Below are positions 38,911-49,304 of a stretch of DNA of 64,000 nucleotides, one piece after another. A program made the position numbers and the translations under genes. The notes below the pieces were generated by a model. It had not been told where the DNA came from, made no database searches, and saw nothing but the letters and a program-made list of their open reading frames with translations. Positions within the stretch are counted from its first letter, which is position 1, and each line of letters opens with the position of its first letter. The stretch lies in the IMG/VR virus record IMGVR_UViG_3300045016_000140, positions 1 to 64,000 of that record; one strand, written 5' to 3'. This DNA comes from a virus.

Positions 38911-39593
38911 TAGTGCGTACGCCAACAGGATTATATTCGACGGTGCTTCCGAAGTCAAATTCGGATGATACCAGCGTTGTGTATACCATTAGCAGTATGG
39001 ACCCTCCTCGCTCTACTCTGGCGTTTAACATGGTTCCAGCCGGGGCTCAGACGCTGGTTAATGATATACATGTTGAAGATTTAACGTCAATAGTTGGTGA
39101 ATTATTATTCACCATAGATTATAATAGTAATTCTATTCTAGCGCAGGATAATAGGGCTGTGGCCGGGATGCTAGTCACCCAGGATACTGACAAGAAATTA
39201 CCGGCTCAGAACGTTGAGATAGGCAATAGTTTACAGTACGTTGACTATGACGTTGTTGGCATAGATAATACGATTAATATAGACGCTAATGTTAAATCAA
39301 TTTCCAATGGTCTTTTGAAGGATATTAAAGCGTTGCAGACTCAGAAGTCTAGGCTTGAGACGGACGTAAGCAGTTATCAGAAAATTGTCACGGAAGCTAG
39401 TAGAGTGCTCCTAGCTTTGGATGTTGTTAAAGCGCGTGGTGGGAATGTTACCAGTGAGTATAATACGATAACGCGCAATATGAATTCCGCGATATCGGCT
39501 CGTGACGTTGCTAGTAATAATATTGAAAACATTAATGCACAGATTGCTGAGTTGCAAGATAGCATCAGAGACTTATCTTACTTAATGAGGTAA
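38907..39593 (+). CDS. Hypothetical protein with C-terminal coiled coil
   Basis: 228 aa; GTGA overlap. Confidence 0.65.
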   Translation: MIVRTPTGLYSTVLPKSNSDDTSVVYTISSMDPPRSTLAFNMVPAGAQTLVNDIHVEDLTSIVGELLFTIDYNSNSILAQDNRAVAGMLVTQDTDKKLPAQNVEIGNSLQYVDYDVVGIDNTINIDANVKSISNGLLKDIKALQTQKSRLETDVSSYQKIVTEASRVLLALDVVKARGGNVTSEYNTITRNMNSAISARDVASNNIENINAQIAELQDSIRDLSYLMR

Positions 39594-39594
39594 A

Positions 39595-39996
39595 ATGGCA
39601 ATCATAGCTCCACAATATATAGGATATAATCCACCAATATTCGGCGGGCATCAGAATATATTGTCTAGGCAAGCTGGCGATAGGTTGATTAAAAATGATT
39701 TGCTACAATTATTGTTAACGTCATTCGGTGAAAGGGTTATGCGTCCCAGATGGGGGACGGCATTGCGCACGACCGTGTTTGATAACATTGCCGTTGAGAA
39801 TCTAGATAGTCTGGTCGCAAGTGTTGCTTCTTCAATCAATAGCATTGATGACAGAGTGGCTGCTACGGTAAGCGCGCACATCGTTGAGAATCAGGTAGTG
39901 GTGACGGTTTCCGGGTATTATACCGATTTGCCGGAGAAGAGGTTTGAGATAGAGTTAGGATTCCCGGTTGCCAGCGTGGAGAATAATAATGGCTGA
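39595..39996 (+). CDS. Baseplate wedge protein (gp25/GpW-like)
   Basis: IKNDLLQLLLTSFGERVMRP.WGT.L...VFD. Confidence 0.9.
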   Translation: MAIIAPQYIGYNPPIFGGHQNILSRQAGDRLIKNDLLQLLLTSFGERVMRPRWGTALRTTVFDNIAVENLDSLVASVASSINSIDDRVAATVSAHIVENQVVVTVSGYYTDLPEKRFEIELGFPVASVENNNG

Positions 39997-41917
39997 GACA
40001 GCAACACTATTTCAGTTGCCAGTTGACCCGGAGCAGTTCGGCGTCCTGCTGCCGCCAGCTGAATTGCGTAAGATAGACTTCTCGGCTCTTGAGTTTTCAA
40101 CTGCTCGCCGGGCCGTCATCGAGTATATTAAAACATACTATAAGGATGATTTTAACGATTTTGTGAGCAATAACGGCGTGATAATGTTGGTTGAATTATT
40201 GTCATATCTCACTGCTTTAATGTCGATGCGCGCTGATGTGCTATCCAATGAGGCGTTTCTGCCAACTGCCCAGAGTGAGAATGCGATAGTTAACCATCTG
40301 GCCTTGATTAGCCAGAAGATCCGGCGAGCTACACCCGCTTCGATTGACATGGAATATAGTGTAGTCACGCAGATAGATGCTGACATTAATATTCCGGCTG
40401 GGTTAACATATCAGGTTCGCGGCGAGGATGGTGTTAACATAAAGTATGAAGTATATCGCGCACCTGGTGATTTTACATCTCCCATTACTATACCAGCTGG
40501 TAAAACGGGCGTTATTGCCCATGGGCTTGAAGGCACTACTAAGACGTATACGGTCAAATCTGATGGGTCTGCCAATCAGCGCATTGTCATGGTTGGTAAT
40601 GACATATTGGAAGAACCGATTACTATACTCGTTAAAATTGGCAATATAACATATACATGGGATAGAGTGGATTTTATAGAGACAGCTGGGCCGACCGATA
40701 AATCTTATGAAGCAAGATTCTTTCAGGATGAGCTTGACATAGTGTTTGGTAATGGGACGTATGGTGCAATTCCAGACAATAATTCAACGATTACTGTGCG
40801 ATATCGTACTGGCGGTGGAACGCGTGGTAAGATAGGTTCTGGCGTGATCGATGAAACCAGACCAATCATTCCAGCATACCCATATACTGCTCCAGTGCAA
40901 GTGCGTGCGCGTAATATAAGCGCTAGCATTGGCGGAACGGATAAGGAAACTCTCGAGGAAGCCAAGGTGCGTGCTCCGCGAGATTTTGCCACCAGGGATT
41001 CCGCCGTTACTGCACTAGATTATGCACATATTATAAGTTCATTTTCCCATCCAGTATTTGGATCGGTCAGCAAGTCGCTAGCTACCATCAGGACGTCTTT
41101 GAACACCAATAGGGTGGAATTGTACGTGCTGGCCTCCGGCACTGACGATGTGCCGGTTGCACCGACCGCTGGATTGAAGAAAGCCATTGAGACATATCTT
41201 GGTGGATTGAATGTTATGACCGACCAAGTCGTGGCCTATGACGGTCTATTAAAACCAATTGATGTAAAGATGACGGTCGTTATCGCCAGGAACGCGGATG
41301 CTTCGAGTGTGAAAGTTAAAGTAGCTAATGCTATAGATTCATTTTTCAATATATCTAAATGGGATATGGGCACACCATTATATGTTTCTCAATTGTATGA
41401 GTTGATACAGGCGATAGATGGCATAGTCTATTTGAACATTGATTTACCTAAAGACAATGTTGTGCAGGTCGATGCAGTTGTTAGTCGTTATAGTGTGTCT
41501 GGCAATATTATTGACATCACCCCTTATAATGCCACCGTCGGTGAGCAGATAATTCTTGTCATTCAGGGTATAGATGGGGGTGGGGGTGGCAGCGGGAGTG
41601 GTAGCGGTAGTGGTAGTGGTAGTGGTAGTGGTAGTGGTAGTGGGACTAGTGGTGGGCCATATACTCTGTTAGTTAATGTTGTTACGCCGAGCGACATAGC
41701 GTCCGACGTGGTTAGAGCGTGGAGTACCGACCCAGTGTTGCGGTCGATACCAATTACTGGTTATGTGATGTACGCCAGAGTGGAATCGAGTGTTAGCCTA
41801 ACTATTTCCTCGAATAGCAATGCTATGGTTTTCTTGCCATATAAGGTTGGCAAGAATGAATTGATCATACCTGGTAATATTCAGCAGCAGTATTATTATG
41901 AGAAACAGCAGCGTTAA
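39989..41917 (+). CDS. Baseplate wedge protein (gp6/GpJ-like)
   Basis: IDFSALEF, NEAFLPTAQ, FGNGTYG.IP, Y.TGGG..G, GG.DKETLEE...AP, AVTALDY. Confidence 0.9.
   Translation: MAETATLFQLPVDPEQFGVLLPPAELRKIDFSALEFSTARRAVIEYIKTYYKDDFNDFVSNNGVIMLVELLSYLTALMSMRADVLSNEAFLPTAQSENAIVNHLALISQKIRRATPASIDMEYSVVTQIDADINIPAGLTYQVRGEDGVNIKYEVYRAPGDFTSPITIPAGKTGVIAHGLEGTTKTYTVKSDGSANQRIVMVGNDILEEPITILVKIGNITYTWDRVDFIETAGPTDKSYEARFFQDELDIVFGNGTYGAIPDNNSTITVRYRTGGGTRGKIGSGVIDETRPIIPAYPYTAPVQVRARNISASIGGTDKETLEEAKVRAPRDFATRDSAVTALDYAHIISSFSHPVFGSVSKSLATIRTSLNTNRVELYVLASGTDDVPVAPTAGLKKAIETYLGGLNVMTDQVVAYDGLLKPIDVKMTVVIARNADASSVKVKVANAIDSFFNISKWDMGTPLYVSQLYELIQAIDGIVYLNIDLPKDNVVQVDAVVSRYSVSGNIIDITPYNATVGEQIILVIQGIDGGGGGSGSGSGSGSGSGSGSGSGTSGGPYTLLVNVVTPSDIASDVVRAWSTDPVLRSIPITGYVMYARVESSVSLTISSNSNAMVFLPYKVGKNELIIPGNIQQQYYYEKQQR
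41576..41656 (+). repeat. Gly-Ser linker microsatellite (ggtagt)n
   Basis: Directly visible. Confidence 0.9.
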
Positions 41918-42659
41918 TCCTATTATGTATAATGCTATACCGCATGTTACTGATTTCGCAACCCACACTGTTTCTGCCGATTGATTTGGCCGCTAGTAAG
42001 ACGTTCCCACTGCCAGAGAATGGGTCGAAGACTAAACCGTCTGGCGGGCACATTGCGTTTATCCATATTTTTAGCAAATTAATCGGTATTTGTGTGCTGA
42101 CGCCTTTGATTCTTTCTTTATGTGTTCCGGCAATCCTGGGCATTATGAATACATCGTCTGGGCATTTACCGCGATTGTCGGCTCTCTTATCATTGTACTT
42201 TAGTTGTCTGAATGATTTTACGGCTACGGATGGAGCGTCGAAATAATATTTATGTTTATTTTTAGTATATCTTAATATGTGCATTTTGGATTTGGTGAAT
42301 TTCTTGCGCGTGTCTAGTTTGCCACTTTGCCCAAATCCGTAATGCCATATTATCCAATTTTGGCGGTGTAATTTACTAGACCTACATATCATGTCGATAT
42401 CTGATACATATTTGTCGTCCATACATATCAATAGATTACCGGATTGCTTGAGCATTGATACGGCCATGGTTATCCACTCTTCTGTCCATGTCAGATATTT
42501 AATCGGCGGCAGATTATCATTTATATCTAGGTAGACATGGTTGATGTTGAATGGCGGATCTGCGATTATCAGGTCCGGGGACAGCCCATAGACTGGCATG
42601 AATTGTAGAGCGTCAGCGTGGTGGCAGGTTATTTGGGGAGTTTGATTTGTTTGGTTCAT
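41865..42659 (-). CDS. Beta-class N6A/N4C DNA methyltransferase
   Basis: Catalytic ADPPFN motif precedes the SAM-binding VFDPFSGSG motif. Confidence 0.9.
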   Translation of the reverse strand: MNQTNQTPQITCHHADALQFMPVYGLSPDLIIADPPFNINHVYLDINDNLPPIKYLTWTEEWITMAVSMLKQSGNLLICMDDKYVSDIDMICRSSKLHRQNWIIWHYGFGQSGKLDTRKKFTKSKMHILRYTKNKHKYYFDAPSVAVKSFRQLKYNDKRADNRGKCPDDVFIMPRIAGTHKERIKGVSTQIPINLLKIWINAMCPPDGLVFDPFSGSGNVLLAAKSIGRNSVGCEISNMRYSIIHNRINAAVSHNNTAAEYYQV

Positions 42660-42928
42660 GCTGTTAATTCATCACTTATCATGAGTTTGCGTTTCAGATA
42701 TCTTGCCAATTCACATCCAGCTGCCGCACAGTTATATGTTGTACCCTTGTGGAATATTAGTGGTGATTCTAGGGTTTTATCGAATATTATCATTACGGCT
42801 ATAGCCACATCATTGTCTGAGTTTAATTGTTTTTGTATTGGATCATATTTTTGGACGGCTTCTGGGATTTTTGGTTTCTGTTCAGTATTTTCAGCTGTAG
42901 CCATGTCTAGCTCCGGCATAAGTACCAT
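42656..42928 (-). CDS. Small hypothetical protein
   Basis: 90 aa; ATGA overlap with the methyltransferase start. Confidence 0.55.
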   Translation of the reverse strand: MVLMPELDMATAENTEQKPKIPEAVQKYDPIQKQLNSDNDVAIAVMIIFDKTLESPLIFHKGTTYNCAAAGCELARYLKRKLMISDELTA

Positions 42929-43538
42929 TGCTCATGCTCGTAGTGATTGTGAGGCCAGAATTTATAAATATTTCAAGTATTGCCAGGCTGCATTTGGCGC
43001 TGCCGGAATGAAGATATCTTTTCCAATAGGTACTGACCCCAAAAAAACATATAAATGGCGATATTTGGAACATTTTGTTAAGAAAATAGATGAATGGGGA
43101 GTAAGTGATATAGCCGTTAAATCGATTATATTCTCAATAGTTAAATACTGTAAAGACAATAGGATATTATATAGCAAAGGCATGGCCATCTTATCGATGG
43201 ATAATATATTAGATATAGGTTATAGAGATATGCAAATGAACCATGAAATATTTAGACAAGCTTGCGCCGTACTTAAGATGAACCAGAGATTTGTGAATGA
43301 ACATGGAGGTATAGATAATATAAATATAATTAAATGGTATCAATCCGGTGGGGTGTCAAAATTATATATAATATTTTCAAAAAGATGCTTGAAGGCATTA
43401 CGCGGCGTGTCGGAAGCACATAGATTAATGGTCCCGTCATATGATGAACTATGGCGCATTAGACAGAAATATGTTATGATTAAAGAGATCCGAGAGGCAG
43501 CCAAAAGATATCTGGGTGACGACTGTAATGTTAGCTAG
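42903..43538 (+). CDS. Hypothetical protein (start uncertain)
   Basis: 3' part of ORF 42618..43538 is protein-like and overlaps the helicase start. Confidence 0.55.
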   Translation: MSSSGISTIAHARSDCEARIYKYFKYCQAAFGAAGMKISFPIGTDPKKTYKWRYLEHFVKKIDEWGVSDIAVKSIIFSIVKYCKDNRILYSKGMAILSMDNILDIGYRDMQMNHEIFRQACAVLKMNQRFVNEHGGIDNINIIKWYQSGGVSKLYIIFSKRCLKALRGVSEAHRLMVPSYDELWRIRQKYVMIKEIREAAKRYLGDDCNVS

Positions 43539-45105
43539 AATAGTTAATAATAAAATAATCAAGCTTGAGCAGATCTCACAGGCTGAGGAGAATTTGATCA
43601 TTAAGGCATTCTCAGTCAGGAATCCGAAGGCTATGTATATTGATATGCACGGTGGGTCATTTGATGGATGGTATAGGAAGTATAATAGTTATAGAAAGGT
43701 TATGAGTAGAGCTTTGCTAGGTGAATTGCGCGAGGTGTGCGCTGTATATCGATTGCCATTGACTGTCGTCGATGATAGGCCGCCCGCCGAATATCCAGCG
43801 CCTGACCCAAATAGCATCACCAAGGATTTGCTGTCCGGCATCCAGCTTTATGACCATCAGATGAGAGCAATTAAGGCTGCGTGCAGAGCGGAAGTTGGAT
43901 TAATAGATATTAAAGTAGGAGGAGGTAAGACCGACGTTGCAGCTGGGATAGCCAAGATAATGAATTGCCCGACAGTCATAATCTGCGATCAGACTATAGT
44001 AATTGAACAGATCAAAGCTAGACTTGAATTGCGCAAAGTCGCTGAGGAAGTTGGGCTGTTCTGTGCCGGAAAGCGGCCAAATAATCAACTAATAGTTGTT
44101 GGGTTAATACAGTCACTGGATTATCCAGTTCAACCTCCTGCCAAGGTCGAGGATGATACGCCAGAGTCCTATGCCAAGAAGATAAAGGCGTTTGAGACTA
44201 GGCGTAAGAATGCCAGGGTATTGCAAGAGTTGGTTAAAAAATGTGATCTGTTAATGGTTGATGAGGCCGATAAGGCGTCTGGCCCACAATTTTCGAAATT
44301 GTTCAGGCATTGGTTTAACGGTAGGCGTCGATATGGTTTCTCTGGCACATGTTTTGATCCGGCTAAGCCTGTCCAGAATCTAGTTTTGAAGGAGAGGCTT
44401 GGTTCAGTGATCGCTAAGGCTAGTCGGGCTGAGCTTGAGGCGATTAACCAGATTATACCAGTTAGGTATAATATGGTTGTAGTTGGCGATCCTGGCATGA
44501 AGTATGATAGAACAGTATATGATATTGCCAAGAAAGAGCAGATAATTGATAACAAGGAATTTCATCTTAAAGTTGCCGGAATAGCTAAACATGCTTCCAG
44601 AAATGAGGGGGATGGTGTGCTGATATTAGTAGAGGATATAACGCTAGGGACCGCTTTACAGGAAATTATACCGGGCTCGGTTTTTATATATGGCAATACA
44701 AATAGTGAAAATAGGTGGAATGCCATACACGCTTTTGAGAGGCGTGAGATTAAAGTCTTGATAGGTGGAAAGATAATCAAGCGTGGTCTTGATTTAAAGG
44801 GTGGATGCGAGAGCCTAATTATTGCCACTGGCGGCAAAATGTGGTCTGACTTTGACCAGAAAGTCGGCAGGGCCATCCGTAAGAATAAGAGGGGCTTTTC
44901 GTATGTTTATGATTTCTTCATGATGGGTAATAAATATCTATATGAACATTCTAAAAGTAGATTGAAGAACATAGTCGCAATGGGCTATAGAGCAAATGTG
45001 GTATGGGGTGATAAAATTATTACAGCTAGGCAGTTTATTAAGTCAAAATATCGTATGCCAAGCCAGAAGCAATTAGATGCAAAATTACACATATCCAATA
45101 GCTAG
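43528..45105 (+). CDS. SF2 helicase (UvsW-like)
   Basis: LYDHQ, VGGGKT, VDEAD, GFSGT, RGLDL, QKVGRAIR, VYDF. Confidence 0.9.
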   Translation: MLARIVNNKIIKLEQISQAEENLIIKAFSVRNPKAMYIDMHGGSFDGWYRKYNSYRKVMSRALLGELREVCAVYRLPLTVVDDRPPAEYPAPDPNSITKDLLSGIQLYDHQMRAIKAACRAEVGLIDIKVGGGKTDVAAGIAKIMNCPTVIICDQTIVIEQIKARLELRKVAEEVGLFCAGKRPNNQLIVVGLIQSLDYPVQPPAKVEDDTPESYAKKIKAFETRRKNARVLQELVKKCDLLMVDEADKASGPQFSKLFRHWFNGRRRYGFSGTCFDPAKPVQNLVLKERLGSVIAKASRAELEAINQIIPVRYNMVVVGDPGMKYDRTVYDIAKKEQIIDNKEFHLKVAGIAKHASRNEGDGVLILVEDITLGTALQEIIPGSVFIYGNTNSENRWNAIHAFERREIKVLIGGKIIKRGLDLKGGCESLIIATGGKMWSDFDQKVGRAIRKNKRGFSYVYDFFMMGNKYLYEHSKSRLKNIVAMGYRANVVWGDKIITARQFIKSKYRMPSQKQLDAKLHISNS

Positions 45106-45131
45106 TAAATATAATAACAAAATGGAAGCCC

Positions 45132-46010
45132 ATGATACCCAAAATACCAGAAGTAGTATATGTCAAATCAAATAGCGATAGAAAATTATATTTTGACAAC
45201 AATGTGGTCGAAGATTTATTACTAAAATACGTATGGGGTGGATGTACTGAAGTAGCATTACGCGACCAAATCATGTCTCATGCCAATGAACTTATTAAGC
45301 AAGTCATCAGAGCTCACAATTTGCACAGGATATACCCAGGTAGTGAAGAGTCAGCCTTCGGAGATTTGGCCCAGACCGCCTGGATACAGATTGAGCGCAC
45401 ATTATATAAGTATAGGGCTAGACCGCATTGCGCGAATTGCTATAGCGCTCAAAGCCCGAATAGATCATGCCTATATAATTTAAAGGACGGCGAATATGGT
45501 ATTATTAGTCCAATCAATATCATTAAGTTGAAGTTACGATGTCCCAAATGCCATAAGGTGCCTGATAGGATACTATATAGAGGTATATCAAAGATATTTA
45601 ATCTATGGTCTCAGATATCTCGTACTGTGATTCTTGCATATATTAAGAAGGAAAGTAGGGATAAGAAGAATAGTGAAACATATCGTGGGTATTTGGATTA
45701 TCGCCACAAGCCTAATAGTGTATGTTTTAGAAGATTTATGGAAGAGGCCGAGGAGCTATTCAAATATAACTCTGGTTATGTTAAGATCTTGGAGGCCCTT
45801 AAGAAGCTTTCAGAGTCTGATGACAGGCCATATGATGGTTTGATTAGTAAGCTTGTGACGATTTCTGGAATGCCTAGATCGCAGATAGTTAGCTTCTTAA
45901 AAATGGTGAGGTTGCAAGGCGATGTGTTCACAGATTCCCCGATCAACGAACGTCCGAGATACAGGGTCAGGAACCCGGACCCAGACCCGGTCGAAGAAAA
46001 TATTGAATGA
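45132..46010 (+). CDS. Second gp55-like sigma factor with Zn-finger insertion
   Basis: YFDNNVVEDLLLKY, DLAQTAW.QIERTLYKY, CANC...CPKC insert, KIFNLWSQISRTVILAYIKKE. Confidence 0.6.
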   Translation: MIPKIPEVVYVKSNSDRKLYFDNNVVEDLLLKYVWGGCTEVALRDQIMSHANELIKQVIRAHNLHRIYPGSEESAFGDLAQTAWIQIERTLYKYRARPHCANCYSAQSPNRSCLYNLKDGEYGIISPINIIKLKLRCPKCHKVPDRILYRGISKIFNLWSQISRTVILAYIKKESRDKKNSETYRGYLDYRHKPNSVCFRRFMEEAEELFKYNSGYVKILEALKKLSESDDRPYDGLISKLVTISGMPRSQIVSFLKMVRLQGDVFTDSPINERPRYRVRNPDPDPVEENIE

Positions 46011-46662
46011 AGCGCTCCCAAAGAGCACTCATGAGCGACTGCATAGGACGGTCAGGCCAAAGAAACCAATATCTGATAGAAATTTGATCCCAGTAGTCAA
46101 GCGCAAATCAGATACTAATCCGAGGCAAACAAGTCGTGGGGACGCTAATTATAAAGGCGATAAGCATGAGAGATTGCGCAAGAAATTGGCTAAGATAGCG
46201 CGTCGCAAGATTGCTGACAAGATTACTGAATCGGTAGAGTATCTGCGTAAAGCCATTGAACTTAAAGATCAGGATGTTGTGGCAGGATTCTGGGAGTGCA
46301 AGCATCCCATCACTGTTTTGAGAATATTGGATAAGCTTCCATCTAGGTGGGATAATGTCCGTAGGTCGCTGAAGAAAATGCGTATCGTGAGTCTTGGGGA
46401 GTCTAAGAAGATTGGCCCGTACGCTGCCATGATTAGTGATGATGCGGCCGTGAAGGTAGTGAAAGAACGGGCTATGCGAGATGCCTCTATTGTCTCCAAG
46501 TATTTTCCAGTGGTATGGATTGAGTCAGTCAGCAATGATGTGTCGAAGCTTGCAATGTTTAATATTATAGTTTCGGATACGTATAGTGATGCTTTTTGCA
46601 ATGCTTTAAATGAAGATAGGGTTGTTACATTTAGTCGAGACTCGCAGGCAAAGATATTTTAA
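46003..46662 (+). CDS. Hypothetical basic protein (start uncertain)
   Basis: ORF 45922..46662; TTG at 46003 overlaps the upstream stop. Confidence 0.55.
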   Translation: MNEALPKSTHERLHRTVRPKKPISDRNLIPVVKRKSDTNPRQTSRGDANYKGDKHERLRKKLAKIARRKIADKITESVEYLRKAIELKDQDVVAGFWECKHPITVLRILDKLPSRWDNVRRSLKKMRIVSLGESKKIGPYAAMISDDAAVKVVKERAMRDASIVSKYFPVVWIESVSNDVSKLAMFNIIVSDTYSDAFCNALNEDRVVTFSRDSQAKIF

Positions 46663-46674
46663 CGGAGATAGCAA

Positions 46675-47577
46675 ATGGACTTAGAACTACGATCGGTGGA
46701 TGCGGATGCTTTTGGCAATGTTCCTGAGGTTCCAGCAGAGCCTGATGCCGGAATGGTGAATTTTGATGCTGATTTATCGGCTGACTTGCCTGACGCAGTA
46801 GCGATTGCTCAGGATGAGAGTGGGGAAGATGAAGGACCTATTCTAGCCATGACGTCCAATTTATTGTCATTGTTTGTGTCTACTTTATGCGGGAAGCTTG
46901 AACCCGAGATTGATAAGGATTCCGTCATTGCCAATGTGGTTTCTAAGATTTGTGATTTATGCTCGTGCGATAAGCCGATGACTGTTGCCGCATGCAGTGA
47001 GAGTCTTGTGCAGGCTATTGATAATGCAATTGCTGAAGTTGTCGCTGAAGCTGCCGCTAAAGATGCCGCTGAAGATGCCGCTGAAGCTAAAGATGCCGCT
47101 GAAGAAGATGCCGCTGCCGCTGAAGCTGGTGCGGGCAATTCCACCGTCGCATCGATATCACCTCAGGGGGCTTCAGATATTCTGCCATCCGAGCCAGAGT
47201 CTATGATTGAATCAACTAAGTCGGAGGTAGAGGACCTAGGCCTTTCTCCTAAGACTGACCGACGCATACGCCCGGTAATTGATGAACAAATAGCTGCTCC
47301 GACGCTTTGTTCTGAGACCACAAAATTACTAGAGGTTATTGTTCCAGGAAATAAGATTAAGGTAGCTGGAACTAAGAATAAAGATATGGTTATGTTGGAA
47401 GGTGCGGATGACGCTGAATCTGTGGCGGAATCGATTAATGTTGTGATCGGATCCAAGAGCTGGCTTGGTAACCATGGATATACTATAATTCAAGGATATG
47501 ATGTAGCGAATGCGGTGAATATAGGCGGTAGAAAATATTTACTATTTAGCACTCCGGAAGATATTGAGCATGCATGA
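46675..47577 (+). CDS. Acidic Ala-rich hypothetical protein
   Basis: GGAG SD; CAAAGATA motif upstream. Confidence 0.7.
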   Translation: MDLELRSVDADAFGNVPEVPAEPDAGMVNFDADLSADLPDAVAIAQDESGEDEGPILAMTSNLLSLFVSTLCGKLEPEIDKDSVIANVVSKICDLCSCDKPMTVAACSESLVQAIDNAIAEVVAEAAAKDAAEDAAEAKDAAEEDAAAAEAGAGNSTVASISPQGASDILPSEPESMIESTKSEVEDLGLSPKTDRRIRPVIDEQIAAPTLCSETTKLLEVIVPGNKIKVAGTKNKDMVMLEGADDAESVAESINVVIGSKSWLGNHGYTIIQGYDVANAVNIGGRKYLLFSTPEDIEHA

Positions 47578-47701
47578 AGCTGCGATTGTATTTAAATGCG
47601 GGAGGCTATCGAATCATCTAGCCAATCGCAAGGAGTAACAAAGTGTATCTGAAGGTTCCATCCATACCGGGACCACTCATTTCGAGACTTAACTATACTT
47701 T

Positions 47702-48229
47702 ATGGTGACATATTTCTCAGAATTAAAACGATCAATGGAATGCTTAGCTGAGGATAAGCAGACGGTCTTTATTGGCTGCAATACCAAAAACTCTTATCGA
47801 GCAAATGGTACGTTAAAGGACGTGCCGGATTGCCAGATTATTGAGACGCCTGTCGCTGAAAATTTAATGATGGGATTGGCAATAGGGATGAGCTTAGAAG
47901 GCCATAAACCCATCGTCTTTTTTGAAAGATTTGATTTTATTTTAAATGCCTTTGATGCCATCATTAATCACCTGGATAAGCTCGCGGACATATCCGACGG
48001 GCAGTTTGTGCCTAAAGTGATCGTTAGAGTGTGCGTTGGTAGAAGGACGACGCCGTTGTTTTCAGGTTGTACGCATACCCAGGATTTTACGGAGCAAGTT
48101 AAGGAATTGGTGCATTTCCCGGTCATAAAATTATTGGATAAAAATGAAATATTTGATGCTTATATGCGGGCTTATCATTCTACACAGAGTTATATGATTA
48201 TTGAAGAAAATGATCTATATCGTACGTGA
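47702..48229 (+). CDS. ThDP-dependent enzyme, E1-beta/transketolase pyrimidine-binding domain only
   Basis: IIETPVAENLMMGLAIGMSLEG.KP, RFDFILNA.D.IINH, THTQD. Confidence 0.85.
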   Translation: MVTYFSELKRSMECLAEDKQTVFIGCNTKNSYRANGTLKDVPDCQIIETPVAENLMMGLAIGMSLEGHKPIVFFERFDFILNAFDAIINHLDKLADISDGQFVPKVIVRVCVGRRTTPLFSGCTHTQDFTEQVKELVHFPVIKLLDKNEIFDAYMRAYHSTQSYMIIEENDLYRT

Positions 48230-48254
48230 TGTTAAATATATCAAATATAACAAT

Positions 48255-49304
48255 ATGACGTCAAACATATATAGTAATTTTAAGCTGGCTTGGTTTAATG
48301 ACAAATTGATTTCCTTGAGGGATGGTACGGTTACTGCGCCTATATATGTTAGAATTAAACCAATCAATCGTTGTAACCATAATTGTTTCTTTTGCGTTTA
48401 TCGCTCGGAATTATCCAATATGCATAATGAGATGAATGATCTTGATCGGCTTTCTAGGGAAAAGCTACTTGAGATATTGGATGATTTTAGAATAATGGGT
48501 GTAAAAGCGGTAACTTATTCTGGAGGCGGTGAGCCGTTGATTCATCGCGATATAGTTGAGGTTCTTGATAAAACTAAAGCAAATGGGATTGATCTATCCA
48601 TCATAACGAATGGCCAATTATTGAGCGGAGATCGGGCTGCGGCATTAACTGATGCTAAATGGGTTCGTATCTCAATGGATTACTATGACGCTGGATCTTT
48701 CATTCAATCAGGACGTGGTACAGCTCGTACTTTTGACGCCATAATTAAAAACATTGACGATTTTGCGAGACGCAGAAAGTCAGGTTGCAATATATCTGTT
48801 AATTTTATTATAACCAAAAATAATTATCATCAGATCGAATATGCCACCATCTTGTTGAAGAACCTCGGCGTAGATAATGTACGATTCTCGCCAGTTTGGT
48901 TTGACGATTTTCTAGCGTATCACGAACCAATTCGCGAGCAAGTTTTAGCAAATTTGCAGGCCGCCAAGAAACATGAGTGCGATACTTTTAAGATATACCA
49001 TAGTTATCGGATCGAGAAAGACCAGATGAGTAGGACTTATCATAAATGTTTTATCCAGCAGATCATCCCAGCCATCGGAGCCGATTATAATGTCTATAAT
49101 TGTCACAACAAATCCTATTCTTTTGATGCCATTATAGGCAATATCCGTAATCAATCTTTTCGACAGATGTGGTTCAGCGAAGAGACCAAGAAGCATTTTA
49201 TGGAGTTTGACGCAATGAAATGTTGTAATTGTCAGTGCGCTAATGATGCCAAGAATAAATTCTTGCATGACATAATTAGCGCTTACGGAGACAACTATGT
49301 TTAA
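48255..49304 (+). CDS. Radical SAM protein with SPASM/twitch-type C-terminus
   Basis: CNHNCFFC, SGGGEP, ITNG, WVRIS.D; C-terminal Cys cluster. Confidence 0.9.
   Translation: MTSNIYSNFKLAWFNDKLISLRDGTVTAPIYVRIKPINRCNHNCFFCVYRSELSNMHNEMNDLDRLSREKLLEILDDFRIMGVKAVTYSGGGEPLIHRDIVEVLDKTKANGIDLSIITNGQLLSGDRAAALTDAKWVRISMDYYDAGSFIQSGRGTARTFDAIIKNIDDFARRRKSGCNISVNFIITKNNYHQIEYATILLKNLGVDNVRFSPVWFDDFLAYHEPIREQVLANLQAAKKHECDTFKIYHSYRIEKDQMSRTYHKCFIQQIIPAIGADYNVYNCHNKSYSFDAIIGNIRNQSFRQMWFSEETKKHFMEFDAMKCCNCQCANDAKNKFLHDIISAYGDNYV

Noticed and set aside
47580-47700. Possible tRNA/ncRNA in the intergenic gap
   Set aside because: No cloverleaf or T-loop consensus; only a short ggcta/tagcc hairpin.
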